Shown here one piece after another: positions 9,281 through 19,445 of a DNA stretch of 64,000 bases; positions within the stretch are counted from its first letter, which is position 1, and each line of letters opens with the position of its first letter. Below the pieces are notes generated by a model. It was not told where the DNA came from. It worked only from the letters and a program-made list of their open reading frames with translations, and searched no databases. The stretch comes from an uncultured Gammaproteobacteria bacterium. GTDB lineage: Bacteria > Pseudomonadota > Gammaproteobacteria > UBA9214. Location: assembly GCA_963748215.1 (NCBI GenBank), contig CAVVHS010000003.1, positions 32,001-96,000 of the forward strand, given 5' to 3'. The translations under genes and the position numbers were made by a program.

Positions 9281-10252
9281 TCAGGCACGGGCCTCCCGGC
9301 GTTGCATGGCCATGGACATTACGGCCATGCGCACCGCGATGCCGTGCGTGACCTGTTCCAGGATCACCGAGCGCGGCCCGTCCGCTACCTCGGAGTCCAT
9401 TTCCACGCCGCGGTTGATCGGCCCCGGGTGCATCACGGTGACGTCGGGGCTGGCATGCTCCAGTTTCTTTTCGGTCAGCCCGTACAACTCGTAGTATTCG
9501 TGCTCGCTGGGCAGCAGGGCGCCTTTCATGCGTTCATGCTGCAGCCGCAGCATCATGATCACGTCGACATCCTGGATGCCGGCACGCAGGTCATGGAAGA
9601 CGCGCACGCCCAGCGATTCCGCGTGCACCGGTATCAGCGTGCGCGGGGCGACGATACGCACCTCGCCGGTGTTGAGCAGGTTCAGTGCATGGATCTGCGA
9701 ACGCGCCACGCGCGAGTGCAGGATGTCACCGACGATGGCCACGCGCAGCCGTCCGAAATCCGGTCCCTTGACGCGCCGGATGGTGAACATGTCGAGCATT
9801 GCCTGGGTCGGGTGCGAATGCCTGCCATCGCCGGCGTTGATGACGCTGGTGTGCGGCGCCACGTTGCGTGCGATGAAATGCGCGGCACCGCTGTCGGCAT
9901 GACGGACCACGAACATGTCGACATGCATGGCCTCGATGTTGCGCAGTGTGTCGAGCAGCGTTTCACCCTTGACTGCGCTGGACTGGGTGATGTTGATGTT
10001 CAACACGTCCGCCGACAGGCGTTTCGCAGCCAGCTCGAAGGTGGTGCGAGTACGCGTACTGGCCTCGAAAAACAGGTTGACGATGGTCTTGCCGCGCAGC
10101 AGCGGGACCTTCTTGACGGTCTGTTCGGTAACGCCGGCAAAGGATTCCGCGGTATCGAGTATCTCGGTGAGCAGTTGCCGGTTCAGCCCGCTGAGGGTGA
10201 GGAAGTGGCGCAGCCGGCCCTCACTGTCGATTTGCAGATCCCGCGTATTCAT
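9281..10252 (-). CDS. pyrB: Aspartate carbamoyltransferase catalytic subunit
   Basis: [33 protein letters not shown]. Confidence 0.97.
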   Translation of the reverse strand: MNTRDLQIDSEGRLRHFLTLSGLNRQLLTEILDTAESFAGVTEQTVKKVPLLRGKTIVNLFFEASTRTRTTFELAAKRLSADVLNINITQSSAVKGETLLDTLRNIEAMHVDMFVVRHADSGAAHFIARNVAPHTSVINAGDGRHSHPTQAMLDMFTIRRVKGPDFGRLRVAIVGDILHSRVARSQIHALNLLNTGEVRIVAPRTLIPVHAESLGVRVFHDLRAGIQDVDVIMMLRLQHERMKGALLPSEHEYYELYGLTEKKLEHASPDVTVMHPGPINRGVEMDSEVADGPRSVILEQVTHGIAVRMAVMSMAMQRREARA

Positions 10253-10755
10253 GGATTGCGTCTGATTACCAGTTTCAGCGGGTCCGGTCCGGTCAGCTTG
10301 ATATGTTCGCCAGGCTGCAGCGTGACCCGGTGCCCGACGACGTCCGCTGCGATCGGCAGTTCGCGTCCGCCGCGGTCGATCAGTACTGCCAGCAGGATGG
10401 ATGCCGGTCGGCCGTAATCGAACAGTTCATTGAGCGCCGCACGGATGGTGCGCCCGGTGTGCAGGACGTCGTCCACCAGGATGATATGCCGGTCGTCGAT
10501 GCTGAATGGCATTTGCGACGGCTTCACCACCGGGTTCATCCCGATGCGGGTGAAATCGTCGCGGTAGAAGGAGATGTCCAGGCTGCCTGCGGCCCCGGTG
10601 AGGCCAAGGCGCTGCTGCAGCTGCATGGCGATCCAGACCCCGCCGCTGTGGATGCCGACTATTGCGAGGTCGGTGCGTCCGGTCTGCCTGATCAGCACCC
10701 TGAGTTGTTCCGTCATCTCGTCGAGGATGGCCGGGATGTCGTCAAAATCTGTCAT
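10249..10755 (-). CDS. pyrR: Pyrimidine operon regulator / uracil phosphoribosyltransferase
   Basis: [34 protein letters not shown]. Confidence 0.95.
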   Translation of the reverse strand: MTDFDDIPAILDEMTEQLRVLIRQTGRTDLAIVGIHSGGVWIAMQLQQRLGLTGAAGSLDISFYRDDFTRIGMNPVVKPSQMPFSIDDRHIILVDDVLHTGRTIRAALNELFDYGRPASILLAVLIDRGGRELPIAADVVGHRVTLQPGEHIKLTGPDPLKLVIRRNP

Positions 10756-11216
10756 GGTTGTTCCGTGTCCAGCCAGTCCTGGAGGATGATCCTGGCAGAA
10801 ATGGCATCGATACCGGTGGTCGCGCCCCGTGCGTCCTGCCTTTGCAGCTCGCCGGCGGTACGGGAGCTGAGGCGTTCATCCATGGTATGCACCGGTAGAC
10901 CGTAGCGTGCTTCCAGCTGCTGCGCAAACCGGCGCGCGACGCGCGTCATGCCCGAGTCGCTGCCATCCGCGTGACAGGGCAGTCCAACCACCAGCGCCTG
11001 CGGGCGCCATTCCCCGACCAGTGCGCCGATGCGCTGCCAGTCAGGGGTGCCATTGCTGGAATGCACGGTACACAGTGCGGTTGCGGTACGGGTGACGCCC
11101 TGGCCGACTGCGATACCGATGCGCTGTTTTCCATAGTCGAATCCAAGCAATGTCTGCAATGCTATTCGTTCGACCCCGTATTGACCGCGACCTTGGGCGC
11201 AGCCCGGGTCAGGCAT
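10752..11216 (-). CDS. ruvX: YqgF/RuvX nuclease
   Basis: LGFDYGKQRIGIAVG, VVGLP, DERLSS, IDAISARIIL. Confidence 0.93.
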   Translation of the reverse strand: MPDPGCAQGRGQYGVERIALQTLLGFDYGKQRIGIAVGQGVTRTATALCTVHSSNGTPDWQRIGALVGEWRPQALVVGLPCHADGSDSGMTRVARRFAQQLEARYGLPVHTMDERLSSRTAGELQRQDARGATTGIDAISARIILQDWLDTEQP

Positions 11217-11772
11217 GTCCCGGTTCGCTGGTTAGCAGGTGCAGGTCGACGCCGATCAGTTCGGCGGCCGCCAGCCAGCGACGCTCGGTCGGCGTGCGGA
11301 ACAGGATGTCCGCGCTGGCCGGGCCGCTCAGCCAGGTATTGGATGCCAGTTCCTGCTCCAGCTGGCCGGCGCCCCAGCCGGCATAGCCGAGGGTCACGAG
11401 GGCATTTGTCGGCCCCTTGCCCTCGGCGATGGCGGCGAGAATATCCCGCGAGGAAGTGATACCGATCTCGTCGGTCACCTTGAGGGTCGCCTCCCAGTCA
11501 CCGGGCGGTTCGTGCAGGACGAAACCGCGATCGCTTTGCACCGGGCCGCCCATGTAGACCGGTTGCGAGGCGATTTCGATATTGTCGGTGCGGATGTCCA
11601 TGTGCAGCAGGATCTCGCCCAGCTGGATGTCCAGCGGACGATTGATGACCACACCCAGCGCTCCGTTCTCGTCATGCTCGCAGATATACGTCGTGGTGTG
11701 ATGGAAATTGGGGTCTTCCAGCGTCGGCATGGCGATGAGGAAGTGGTTGCTCAGTGAGCTTGGATAAGTCAT
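11209..11772 (-). CDS. algH: YqgE/AlgH family protein
   Basis: FLIAMP, GALGVVINRP, GGPVQ, LGYAGWGAGQLEQE. Confidence 0.93.
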   Translation of the reverse strand: MTYPSSLSNHFLIAMPTLEDPNFHHTTTYICEHDENGALGVVINRPLDIQLGEILLHMDIRTDNIEIASQPVYMGGPVQSDRGFVLHEPPGDWEATLKVTDEIGITSSRDILAAIAEGKGPTNALVTLGYAGWGAGQLEQELASNTWLSGPASADILFRTPTERRWLAAAELIGVDLHLLTSEPGHA

Positions 11773-11840
11773 GCCCCTAGTATCAGGCAGAGTGCCGGTT
11801 GCCTTCAAGCCTTGCCGTGAAGTTACCGGGATTTCCGGGG

Positions 11841-12695
11841 CTAGCGGCTTTTCATCCGGTCCGTGGAAAACTCCCAGGTACGCGTGATGTGCAGGATGTC
11901 GGCATGTTTGAGGATTTCCGGCGGAAAGGGTGCAAACGGGGCGGCGAGGTTGACGATTCGTGTGGCCGCCTCGTCGATGACGGTGTATCCGGATGGGCGC
12001 AGGATCCTGATATCACGCACCGTGCCGTCGGCATTGAGCGCCACGTCCATCATGAGTTTGCCGGAGATGCCGGCCCGGCGTGCTTCGTCCGGGTAGTTAA
12101 GGTTGCCGACCCGCTCCACTTTCTTCACCCATTCCGCCATGTAGTTTGCATACCTGAACTCCTGGGTGCGCGCGGAGACAAAGATCTGCTTGGGCCGCTT
12201 GGCATAGGCCTGCATGGTCTCGCTCAGCTGCTCGCTGAGATTGACCATTTCCATGCTGCGCTTGATCAGTTCCGACGCCGTGAGGTCGGGTGACTCCTCT
12301 TCGGGCATGTCGGTCTTTTCCTGGCGGACCTGGATCTCGGAAGTGGTCGCCGTCAACACCTGTGCAGGTGCGGCCTCCGGCCGCTGCGGCCTGACCGCCG
12401 GCGCCTGTTCCGGGACCGCGAGTACCGGTTTGACCTTTTCACTGACATTGCCGCCACCGTCCTGGCTGGTCTGGGCCAGGTAATCCGCCTCGTCGGGTGG
12501 CGGGGTCTTGCGGTTTGACACGGTGATATCGAGCGTCGGCAAGGTGTTAGTGGGCGGCGGGTCCTCGTACAGCCCGAAGGTTATACCGAGGATGATAATG
12601 GCATGTATGGCCAGCGCAAAGAACAGGGTCAGTGCGAAGCGGTCCGTGGTGGTGACTGCTGATTCTGCAATGAGTGGCGCGTCTATGTCCTGCAT
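11841..12695 (-). CDS. TonB family energy transducer
   Basis: N-terminal TM with HAII; C-terminal WVKKVERVGNLNYP, APFAPFP, ITRTWEF; usual position upstream of algH. Confidence 0.88.
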   Translation of the reverse strand: MQDIDAPLIAESAVTTTDRFALTLFFALAIHAIIILGITFGLYEDPPPTNTLPTLDITVSNRKTPPPDEADYLAQTSQDGGGNVSEKVKPVLAVPEQAPAVRPQRPEAAPAQVLTATTSEIQVRQEKTDMPEEESPDLTASELIKRSMEMVNLSEQLSETMQAYAKRPKQIFVSARTQEFRYANYMAEWVKKVERVGNLNYPDEARRAGISGKLMMDVALNADGTVRDIRILRPSGYTVIDEAATRIVNLAAPFAPFPPEILKHADILHITRTWEFSTDRMKSR

Positions 12696-12817
12696 GCCGG
12701 TTCCGGTATATCCATGACGCGGCTCATTATACCGCTGATAGGTGTTGACAGGTGTGCCCTGGTCGGCAGGTGCCGGGTCAGCCCTCGGTCGGCGTCAGAC
12801 AGGGTGGCTCCTGCATG

Positions 12818-13249
12818 TTACCAGCAATGTTGCCGCAGGTAGTTGGTGTTTTCCTTGCGCGCAGCATGATTGCCGGTGCGGTACTGTCTGGCGCGGCTTT
12901 CCCGGCAGTCCTTGCGCCGCTTTGCCAGGTCGCGGGCATTCTGCCGGCGTGCCAGTTGCGCGCTGCGGTGCTGAAGATCGCGGCGCCGCTCGATGGCCTG
13001 CAGGGATGCTTTCTCACCAGGGCGCAGTCCCTGTGCGGCAACTGCCCCTGCCGGCGCGGGTTCGAGTTCGCGGCGGACCACCGGTGGACCGGCCGGCGCG
13101 ATATCGCTGAAATGCGGAATACCCGCGGCGTCAGTCCAGTGATAGACCGTGTCCGCAGCGCCCGGTGCTGGCAGGACGAGCAGCAGCAACAGACGGGCAA
13201 CCGGCCGGTGCCACGGCAGAAAAATATAACAAACTGAATCATAAGCCAT
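12818..13249 (-). CDS. DUF4124 domain exported protein
   Basis: Signal-like hydrophobic stretch then VYHWTDAAGIPHFSD; C-terminal helix with two Cys. Confidence 0.75.
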   Translation of the reverse strand: MAYDSVCYIFLPWHRPVARLLLLLVLPAPGAADTVYHWTDAAGIPHFSDIAPAGPPVVRRELEPAPAGAVAAQGLRPGEKASLQAIERRRDLQHRSAQLARRQNARDLAKRRKDCRESRARQYRTGNHAARKENTNYLRQHCW

Positions 13250-13370
13250 ATATCTCTCAATCCTCGGGTTTTACGGAAACTGCCAGGGATGGTTGGAGTC
13301 TATCCTGCCGGGGCGGTGCCGTCATTGCCGTCACGCCCGTCATTCGGTCGGAAATGCCTGATTTTAAGGG

Positions 13371-13397
13371 TAAAGCGCGCCCGTCTTCAGCCGATAA
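13371..13397 (+). promoter_or_regulatory. sigma28 (FliA)-type promoter
   Basis: TAAA-N15-GCCGATAA, exact consensus, intergenic and oriented toward the 13489/13932 genes. Confidence 0.8.
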
Positions 13398-13488
13398 CTG
13401 GCGGACACTAGCATGCAGGAACTGTTAAACACACCGGTAATAGCGGCGCCCGGCTGGCCGGGAAATTGCCGGACCCGGGGACGGCTGG

Positions 13489-13887
13489 GTGGAAATATTG
13501 ATTGTGAGAGGATTCCTTAATCGAGGTTTGGCCTGCCTGGCGGGCATCTCGCTGATGTACGCCATGCAGGCCGGCGCCCAGGATGATTACCTGAGCATCC
13601 TCGAGGCCGAGGCCGACGATACCGGTGGACCCACGAATACGGGTGACGCCGCGCCCGCCGCGCGGCCAGCTAAAAAGTTCAGAAGTGTACAGGACAACCA
13701 GGTCATCAGGCCGGCGATGGGATTCGAGGAGTTCGAGGCGGAGCTCAGTGCCAACTTTACCGGCACCTGGATACTGTACGACAAGCTGGCGATCAGGCAA
13801 CGCGCGGCCGTATACAGCGCCTACCAGGAAGATAACCGGACGGAGCAGGTGCGGGAAGTCATTGTCAAGATGCTGTCCGCGCGATGA
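13489..13887 (+). CDS. Exported hypothetical protein
   Basis: Signal peptide ending AGA followed by QDDYLSILEAEA; helical C-terminal domain; start may be GTG 13504. Confidence 0.7.
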   Translation: MEILIVRGFLNRGLACLAGISLMYAMQAGAQDDYLSILEAEADDTGGPTNTGDAAPAARPAKKFRSVQDNQVIRPAMGFEEFEAELSANFTGTWILYDKLAIRQRAAVYSAYQEDNRTEQVREVIVKMLSAR

Positions 13888-13931
13888 CGGAACAGCGGTT
13901 GAATTCGGACATATCAAGAGGGATGGTCATT

Positions 13932-14681
13932 ATGAAGAAGCTGGTAACCGGAATTTTCGCTGCTGGAGTGCTGTCGGCAACAGCCCTGCTGGTGCCCGCA
14001 AGCGCGCAGGCAGTGGATGTCATGCTGACCGACTACCTGGCCTATCTGCAAGTCATTCATGACGGCCAGCCGGTACGTGTCGAGCGTATCCAGGACCAGC
14101 AGCATATGCTCAATGACGGCTTCGCCAAGACATCGCGCAAGTGTCCGCCATTTTGCATACAGCCGATGAAGGTCGCGCCCGGCGTAACCACGATCGGGGA
14201 AGCTGAAATCTTCCGCTTCATGGAGCGCCAGCTTGCACAGGGCACCGGTCTCATCATCGATGCGCGTACACCGTCGTGGTACGAGAAGGGCACCATCCCG
14301 GGTTCGATCAATATCCCGTTCACCGTGTTCTCCGGCGATGCCAGTGAGCCGGAAACGAGCGCAGCACTGGAGAAGGTCGGCGGCGCACGGCGTGGTGAAG
14401 TCGGTACCATGACCCGCAAGTTCGAGCAGGCGATGGCACCACTGGGTATGTTCGGTGCCAACGCCAAGACCGATAGCTGGGATTTCACGAATGCCAAGGA
14501 ACTCGTGTTGTGGTGCAACGGACCATGGTGTGGCCAGTCACCGCGCGCCATCAAGGGGCTGATCGACCATGGTTTCCCGCCCGGGAAGATTTTCTATTAC
14601 CGCGGCGGCATGCAGATGTGGAAAATCCTCGGGCTGACCGTGGTGGTGCCGGATGGCGAGAAGTCGGTTGCCCTGAAGTAG
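13932..14681 (+). CDS. Exported rhodanese-like sulfurtransferase
   Basis: Signal peptide; IIDART, GTIPGSINIP, WCNGPWCGQS, YYRGGMQMW; extra CPPFC motif. Confidence 0.88.
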   Translation: MKKLVTGIFAAGVLSATALLVPASAQAVDVMLTDYLAYLQVIHDGQPVRVERIQDQQHMLNDGFAKTSRKCPPFCIQPMKVAPGVTTIGEAEIFRFMERQLAQGTGLIIDARTPSWYEKGTIPGSINIPFTVFSGDASEPETSAALEKVGGARRGEVGTMTRKFEQAMAPLGMFGANAKTDSWDFTNAKELVLWCNGPWCGQSPRAIKGLIDHGFPPGKIFYYRGGMQMWKILGLTVVVPDGEKSVALK

Positions 14682-14704
14682 GGAGAGTCGCCAGGCGATA
14701 CTGC

Positions 14705-14731
14705 AGGGGGCGCCATAGCGCCCTCTTTTTT
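14705..14731 (+). terminator. Probable intrinsic terminator
   Basis: AGGGGGCGC-CATA-GCGCCCTCT followed by T run. Confidence 0.65.
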
Positions 14732-14738
14732 ATGTGCG

Positions 14739-15659
14739 TCACGCCATGTCCATTACGTGCCGGATTTCCGGCTGCATCCGTTGCACGCAATTCCGTCCTT
14801 CCTCTATCGCCTCGCTGGCGCGATAGAATTCCAGCAGGCCGATATGTGCAAGTCTCGGGGTCAGGAGGATATCCGGCGGGTCGCCAGCCATTCGGCTGCG
14901 AGTGATCCTGTCCTGGGCAATGTTCACGGAGCCGGCAATGGCATCGAACAGGCCTGGTGGCTGGTCCTCTGACTCGGGGGAGGAAAAAAGATCTCCGGTA
15001 TATTCCCTGACCAGGTCCGTCACGAGGTCGGTAACCTTGTTGATATGGTTCGGCTGTTTTTTTAGCTGTTTTTCCGGCTGCTCGAAGTGCTTCCCGGCAA
15101 TATTTCCGTTCAGGTTGACCGCAATGACGATGTCGGCACCGAGTGCCCTGCTGACGGATACCGGCACGGGATTCACCAGTCCGCCGTCAACCAGCCACTT
15201 GCTGTCGTTCCTGATCGCAGGGAACAGGCCCGGCAGGGAAATGGATGCCCACACGGCTTCGATGATCGGGCCCGATGTGAACCAGACTTCCCTGCCGGTT
15301 TGCAGGTCGGTCGAAACAGCAGCATAGCCCTTGTCGAATGACTCTATCGTAGCATCATCCCCGGCGACGCATTTATTCAGAAAACCATGCAGACGTTTGG
15401 TATTGACGAAACCGTTCATTGCAGAACTGATTTCGAAAAATCTGGCTGTGTCGAGCTTCGTCAGCGAACGAACCCAGTCTTCGAGTTTCGGTAAATTTCC
15501 CGCCACGAAGGATGCGCCAACAATGGATCCAATCGATGTGCCACAGATGATATCCGGTTCTATGCCGAGATCGGCCAGTGCGCCGATGATGCCGATATGC
15601 GACCAGCCACGGGAAGATCCGCTGCCGAGCGCCAGTCCGATTTTGGGTTTCGATTTCAT
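14739..15659 (-). CDS. Patatin-like phospholipase (RssA type)
   Basis: LALGSGSSRG, GTSIG nucleophile elbow, VDGG. Confidence 0.9.
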   Translation of the reverse strand: MKSKPKIGLALGSGSSRGWSHIGIIGALADLGIEPDIICGTSIGSIVGASFVAGNLPKLEDWVRSLTKLDTARFFEISSAMNGFVNTKRLHGFLNKCVAGDDATIESFDKGYAAVSTDLQTGREVWFTSGPIIEAVWASISLPGLFPAIRNDSKWLVDGGLVNPVPVSVSRALGADIVIAVNLNGNIAGKHFEQPEKQLKKQPNHINKVTDLVTDLVREYTGDLFSSPESEDQPPGLFDAIAGSVNIAQDRITRSRMAGDPPDILLTPRLAHIGLLEFYRASEAIEEGRNCVQRMQPEIRHVMDMA

Positions 15660-15715
15660 CAGTGGCCGTTTCCTGATTGCATGTGCATTATATAGATAAG
15701 AGCAGTGACACGTGA

Positions 15716-16786
15716 TCAGGGTCGGGGTAATGCAGTTTCCAGCGAAGGGTTGCCGCTGACGTGTACCAATGCATCGATATCGGGTGCCAGTTCGATAATT
15801 GCCCGCATGGCCGGTGTCATGTGGATTGTGCCGCCACTGTCGACCAGCATGACGCGGTCGATACCCATTTGCCGTGCGATGGCGGTCCATTCGGCAGGGC
15901 CTGCCACGAACAATGCTGTGGCTGCGGCATCTGCAATGGCGCCTTGTTCGTGTACCACGGTGACCGCGCTGCTGCCGATGGCCGGATAGCCGGTACGCGG
16001 ATCGAGTATATGGTGGAAGCGTTTGCCATTTGCCTCGAACAGTCGCTCATAATCGCCCGAGGTGAAAATACTGGTATCGCCACTGCTGTCGATACTTGCC
16101 ATGATGCCGTTTTTGCGCGGATCTCGAATGCCGACATGCCACGGACGCTCGCCATGCATGCCGATAGCGCGCAGGTCGCCACCGGCATTGACGATGGCAT
16201 TGTCGATGCCGCGGGCACGCAGCAGGTCGATCACACGGTCGATTGCATAGCCCTTCGCGAAACCGCCGAGGTCGTAGGCTACTTCCGGGTTTCGGCAGCG
16301 TACCCGCGTGCCCTCGATTTCAACGTCGTCTACCGTTGGTGCGCTAGCCAGCCATTTCCCGATGGCGGCAGGATCGGGCTGCGTGCCGGCTGGCAGCGGA
16401 TTACCCTGAAATCCCCATAGTGAAATCAGTCTGCCGAGCACCGGGTTGAACAGGCCATTGCTGAGCTTCGACAGGCGGTTTGCCTCCGTGATCAGGGGTA
16501 GCAGCCCGGGATCGAGCGTGAACGGCTGCAGCGTGGCAAGCCGTGCATTGACCTGCGTCAGCAGTCCCGGTTCCCAGGCATGCCAGTCACGATGCCAGCG
16601 CTGGAACTGCTGTTCGATCTCGGCGGTGACCTGCCCGGCATGGCCGGGATCGACACCGTACAGGGTGATGTCAACCAGCGTGCCAAAGGCTAGGAACTGG
16701 TCGCGGTATACCTGCTCCCGCACGTCATTGCATGCAACGGCCAGCAATGCGCACATTACTGTCAATGTGACCCGCAGTCCGGTCAT
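15716..16786 (-). CDS. apbE: FAD:protein FMN transferase lipoprotein
   Basis: Lipobox LAVAC; DLGGFAKGY, NAGGD, TSGDYER, HHILDPRTG. Confidence 0.93.
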   Translation of the reverse strand: MTGLRVTLTVMCALLAVACNDVREQVYRDQFLAFGTLVDITLYGVDPGHAGQVTAEIEQQFQRWHRDWHAWEPGLLTQVNARLATLQPFTLDPGLLPLITEANRLSKLSNGLFNPVLGRLISLWGFQGNPLPAGTQPDPAAIGKWLASAPTVDDVEIEGTRVRCRNPEVAYDLGGFAKGYAIDRVIDLLRARGIDNAIVNAGGDLRAIGMHGERPWHVGIRDPRKNGIMASIDSSGDTSIFTSGDYERLFEANGKRFHHILDPRTGYPAIGSSAVTVVHEQGAIADAAATALFVAGPAEWTAIARQMGIDRVMLVDSGGTIHMTPAMRAIIELAPDIDALVHVSGNPSLETALPRP

Positions 16787-17739
16787 TCGGTCTTTTTCAG
16801 CCTGCGTGCAATGGTATCCATCAGCTGGCCCGCGATATCGGCACCGTACTGTGCATCGAGTTCGCGAATACAGGTAGGGCTGGTCACGTTGATCTCCGTC
16901 AGGTAATCACCTATGACGTCGAGGCCGACGAACAGCAACCCGCGTTCGCGCAGCGTCGGCCCGACCTGGTTGCAAATCCAGCGGTCATGTTCGCCGAGAT
17001 CCACGCCCAGTCCGGTGGCGCCTGCCGCGAGATTGCCGCGGGTTTCGCCGGCAGCGGGAATGCGTGCCAGCGCATGCGGGAAGGGTTCGCCATCGATCAG
17101 CAGGATACGCTTGTCGCCGGCGCTGATTTCCGGGATGTAGCGCTGGGCCATTGCACTGCGGCGTCCGTTATCGGTGATGGTTTCCAGAATCACGTGCAGG
17201 TTCGGGTCCTGCGGACGCACCCTGAAAACCGAGGCCCCGCCCATCCCGTTCAGCGGTTTCACGATGATATCGCCGTGTGAATGCAGGAACTCTTCCAGCA
17301 GTCGCTGGTCCCGGCTGACCCGCATCGGCACGCAGCAGTCTGCGAACCATGCAGTGTAGAGTTTTTCGTTGGCGTCACGGATGGCGCCCGGCCGGTTGAC
17401 CACCAGTACGCCATCAACCTCGGCGCGCTCCAGCAGATAGGTGGTGTAGAGATATTCCATATCGAAGGGCGGGTCCTTGCGCATCAGCACTACATCCAGG
17501 TCGGTCAACGGTGCGGCCCGGGCAGTGCCCAGCGTGTACCAGTCCTCAGGATCAGGGCGTACCTCCAGCCGCGCCGTGTATGCGTGGCAGTGGCTGTCTT
17601 CCAGGAACAGGCCGGTCTGCTCCATGTAATAGAGCTCCCAGCCGCGTTGCTGCGCGGCCAGCAACATCGCCAGCGTGCTGTCCTTCTTGTAATTGATGGC
17701 CCCTATAGGGTCCATGACAACACCGAGTTTGATGCTCAT
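16783..17739 (-). CDS. gshB: Glutathione synthetase
   Basis: MDPI..KKDS, MRKDPPFD, GETRGNLA, EINVTSPT. Confidence 0.97.
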   Translation of the reverse strand: MSIKLGVVMDPIGAINYKKDSTLAMLLAAQQRGWELYYMEQTGLFLEDSHCHAYTARLEVRPDPEDWYTLGTARAAPLTDLDVVLMRKDPPFDMEYLYTTYLLERAEVDGVLVVNRPGAIRDANEKLYTAWFADCCVPMRVSRDQRLLEEFLHSHGDIIVKPLNGMGGASVFRVRPQDPNLHVILETITDNGRRSAMAQRYIPEISAGDKRILLIDGEPFPHALARIPAAGETRGNLAAGATGLGVDLGEHDRWICNQVGPTLRERGLLFVGLDVIGDYLTEINVTSPTCIRELDAQYGADIAGQLMDTIARRLKKTE

Positions 17740-17795
17740 AAGTATCCTGTTTTCGCTTGCTTGCGGAGTCCCGTCAGCTGCGTTCGCCGAGTGCG

Positions 17796-17822
17796 TAAAG
17801 TTTGCTGATCCCGTGACGATAA
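17796..17822 (+). promoter_or_regulatory. sigma28 (FliA)-type promoter upstream of pilG
   Basis: TAAAG start, TAAA-N15-GACGATAA (one mismatch to consensus). Confidence 0.65.
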
Positions 17823-17959
17823 ACCGTTGTATCCGAAAGCCAATACTAAATTAATTCATGGCACGGGGAGTGACCAGCGCGCCGGAAAGCCGGCGCAAGG
17901 CTCGGCATAACTGCCGGTTGTAAATAAACATCTTATGAAACATACAGATAGGGGTCACC

Positions 17960-18415
17960 ATGCAGATTAGCATACCGGCAGATGAAATGCTTGAAACCGG
18001 CACGGCCGAGACTTCGGCAGCACCCGGCGCCGAGGGTGCCCGCGGTATCAAGATCATGGTGATCGATGACAGCAAGACCATACGCCGCACGGCGGAGACG
18101 CTGCTGAAGAAAGAAGGCTTTGAGGTGATCGTGGCCACCGACGGATTCGAGGCGCTCAGCATGGTAGCCGACCACAAGCCAGACCTGATCTTCCTGGACA
18201 TCATGATGCCGCGCCTGGATGGCTACCAGACCTGCGCCCTTATCAAGCATCACCGGGTGTTCAAACATACCCCGGTAGTGATGCTGTCCAGCAAGGATGG
18301 ATTGTTCGACCGTGCACGTGGCCGGGTGGTCGGTTCCGATAACTACATCACCAAGCCATTTACACGGGAAGAGCTGCTCGGAGCTATTGAAAAACATTGC
18401 GCAAAAGCAGCGTAG
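17960..18415 (+). CDS. pilG: Twitching motility response regulator
   Basis: VIDDSKTIRRTAE, DIMMPRLDGYQTCALIK, SSKDGLFD; divergent from gshB. Confidence 0.95.
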   Translation: MQISIPADEMLETGTAETSAAPGAEGARGIKIMVIDDSKTIRRTAETLLKKEGFEVIVATDGFEALSMVADHKPDLIFLDIMMPRLDGYQTCALIKHHRVFKHTPVVMLSSKDGLFDRARGRVVGSDNYITKPFTREELLGAIEKHCAKAA

Positions 18416-18458
18416 GGAAACAGGTTGACGGCGTAGATTATTCCACGAGGCAATATCG

Positions 18459-18824
18459 ATGACACGAATAATGATAGTTGATGATTCACCGACCGATGCT
18501 CATGTGCTCAAGAAAATGCTTGAGAAGAACGGTTACAGTACGGTGCTTGCCACGGATGCCAACGAAGGCATCGAGGTCGCACGGCGCGAAAAGCCTGACC
18601 TGATACTGATGGATGTCGTTATGCCGGGTCTCAATGGCTTTCAGGCCACGCGAGAACTGACATCTGATCCTGAGACGGCGGGAATACCGGTCATCATCGT
18701 GACACGAAAGGACCAGCAGGTTGACCGGGTCTGGGGTATGCGCCAGGGTGCACGTGATTACCTTACCAAGCCGGTCAAGGAAAACACCTTGCTGAGCCTG
18801 ATCAACCAGGCACTGGTTGCGTAG
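18459..18824 (+). CDS. pilH: Twitching motility response regulator
   Basis: VDDSPT, MDVVMPGLNGFQATR, VWGMRQGARDY. Confidence 0.95.
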   Translation: MTRIMIVDDSPTDAHVLKKMLEKNGYSTVLATDANEGIEVARREKPDLILMDVVMPGLNGFQATRELTSDPETAGIPVIIVTRKDQQVDRVWGMRQGARDYLTKPVKENTLLSLINQALVA

Positions 18825-18825
18825 T

Positions 18826-19374
18826 ATGGAAGAGAGTCTGAAAGCCGTCGATCCGGTCTCCCTGCTGCGAGAACTCGAAGACCTGTGCCAGAACAGTGTG
18901 GTCGGTATGGAGCGGCAGGCCGAAACCACTATCGAGTGGTCCGGTATTGCCTATCGGGTCGGCAGCAATTTACTGGTATCCAAGCTTGGCGAGGTGGTCG
19001 AAATTCTTGAATTTCCCGAGCTGTCAACGATCCCGCTGACCCAGCCATGGGTGCGCGGGATCGCGAATGTTCGCGGCAATCTGCTACCGGTAATCGATCT
19101 GAATGGTTACCTGGACAGCCGTGTGACCGAATTGACAAGCCGCACCCGGGTGCTGGTCATAGATTATGACGGTTTGTATTCGGGGCTTGTCGTAGACGAG
19201 GTTCTTGGTCTAAAGCACTTCACCGATGATGAGTATTGCGAAGATGACGCGGGGATCGATACATACCTGCAGCCATACTTGCAAAACGGTTATCGCAGGG
19301 GCGATCAGATCTGGGCGATATTCAGCCTGTTCAAGCTTGCCGAGGCACCACAATTCCTGCAGACCGCCGTGTGA
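18826..19374 (+). CDS. pilI: CheW-like protein
   Basis: GIANVRGNLLPVIDL, GLVVDEVLGLKHF; synteny. Confidence 0.92.
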   Translation: MEESLKAVDPVSLLRELEDLCQNSVVGMERQAETTIEWSGIAYRVGSNLLVSKLGEVVEILEFPELSTIPLTQPWVRGIANVRGNLLPVIDLNGYLDSRVTELTSRTRVLVIDYDGLYSGLVVDEVLGLKHFTDDEYCEDDAGIDTYLQPYLQNGYRRGDQIWAIFSLFKLAEAPQFLQTAV

Positions 19375-19445
19375 CATTGCGTGTCTGGGAACTGGAAACA
19401 CTTAAACAAATTTGCTATCTGGACTAATCGGTCAGGAGACGGACC

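Noticed and set aside
17859-17874. sigma54 promoter TGGCAC-N5-GTGA upstream of pilG
   Set aside because: The -12 element lacks the conserved GC, so support is too weak.
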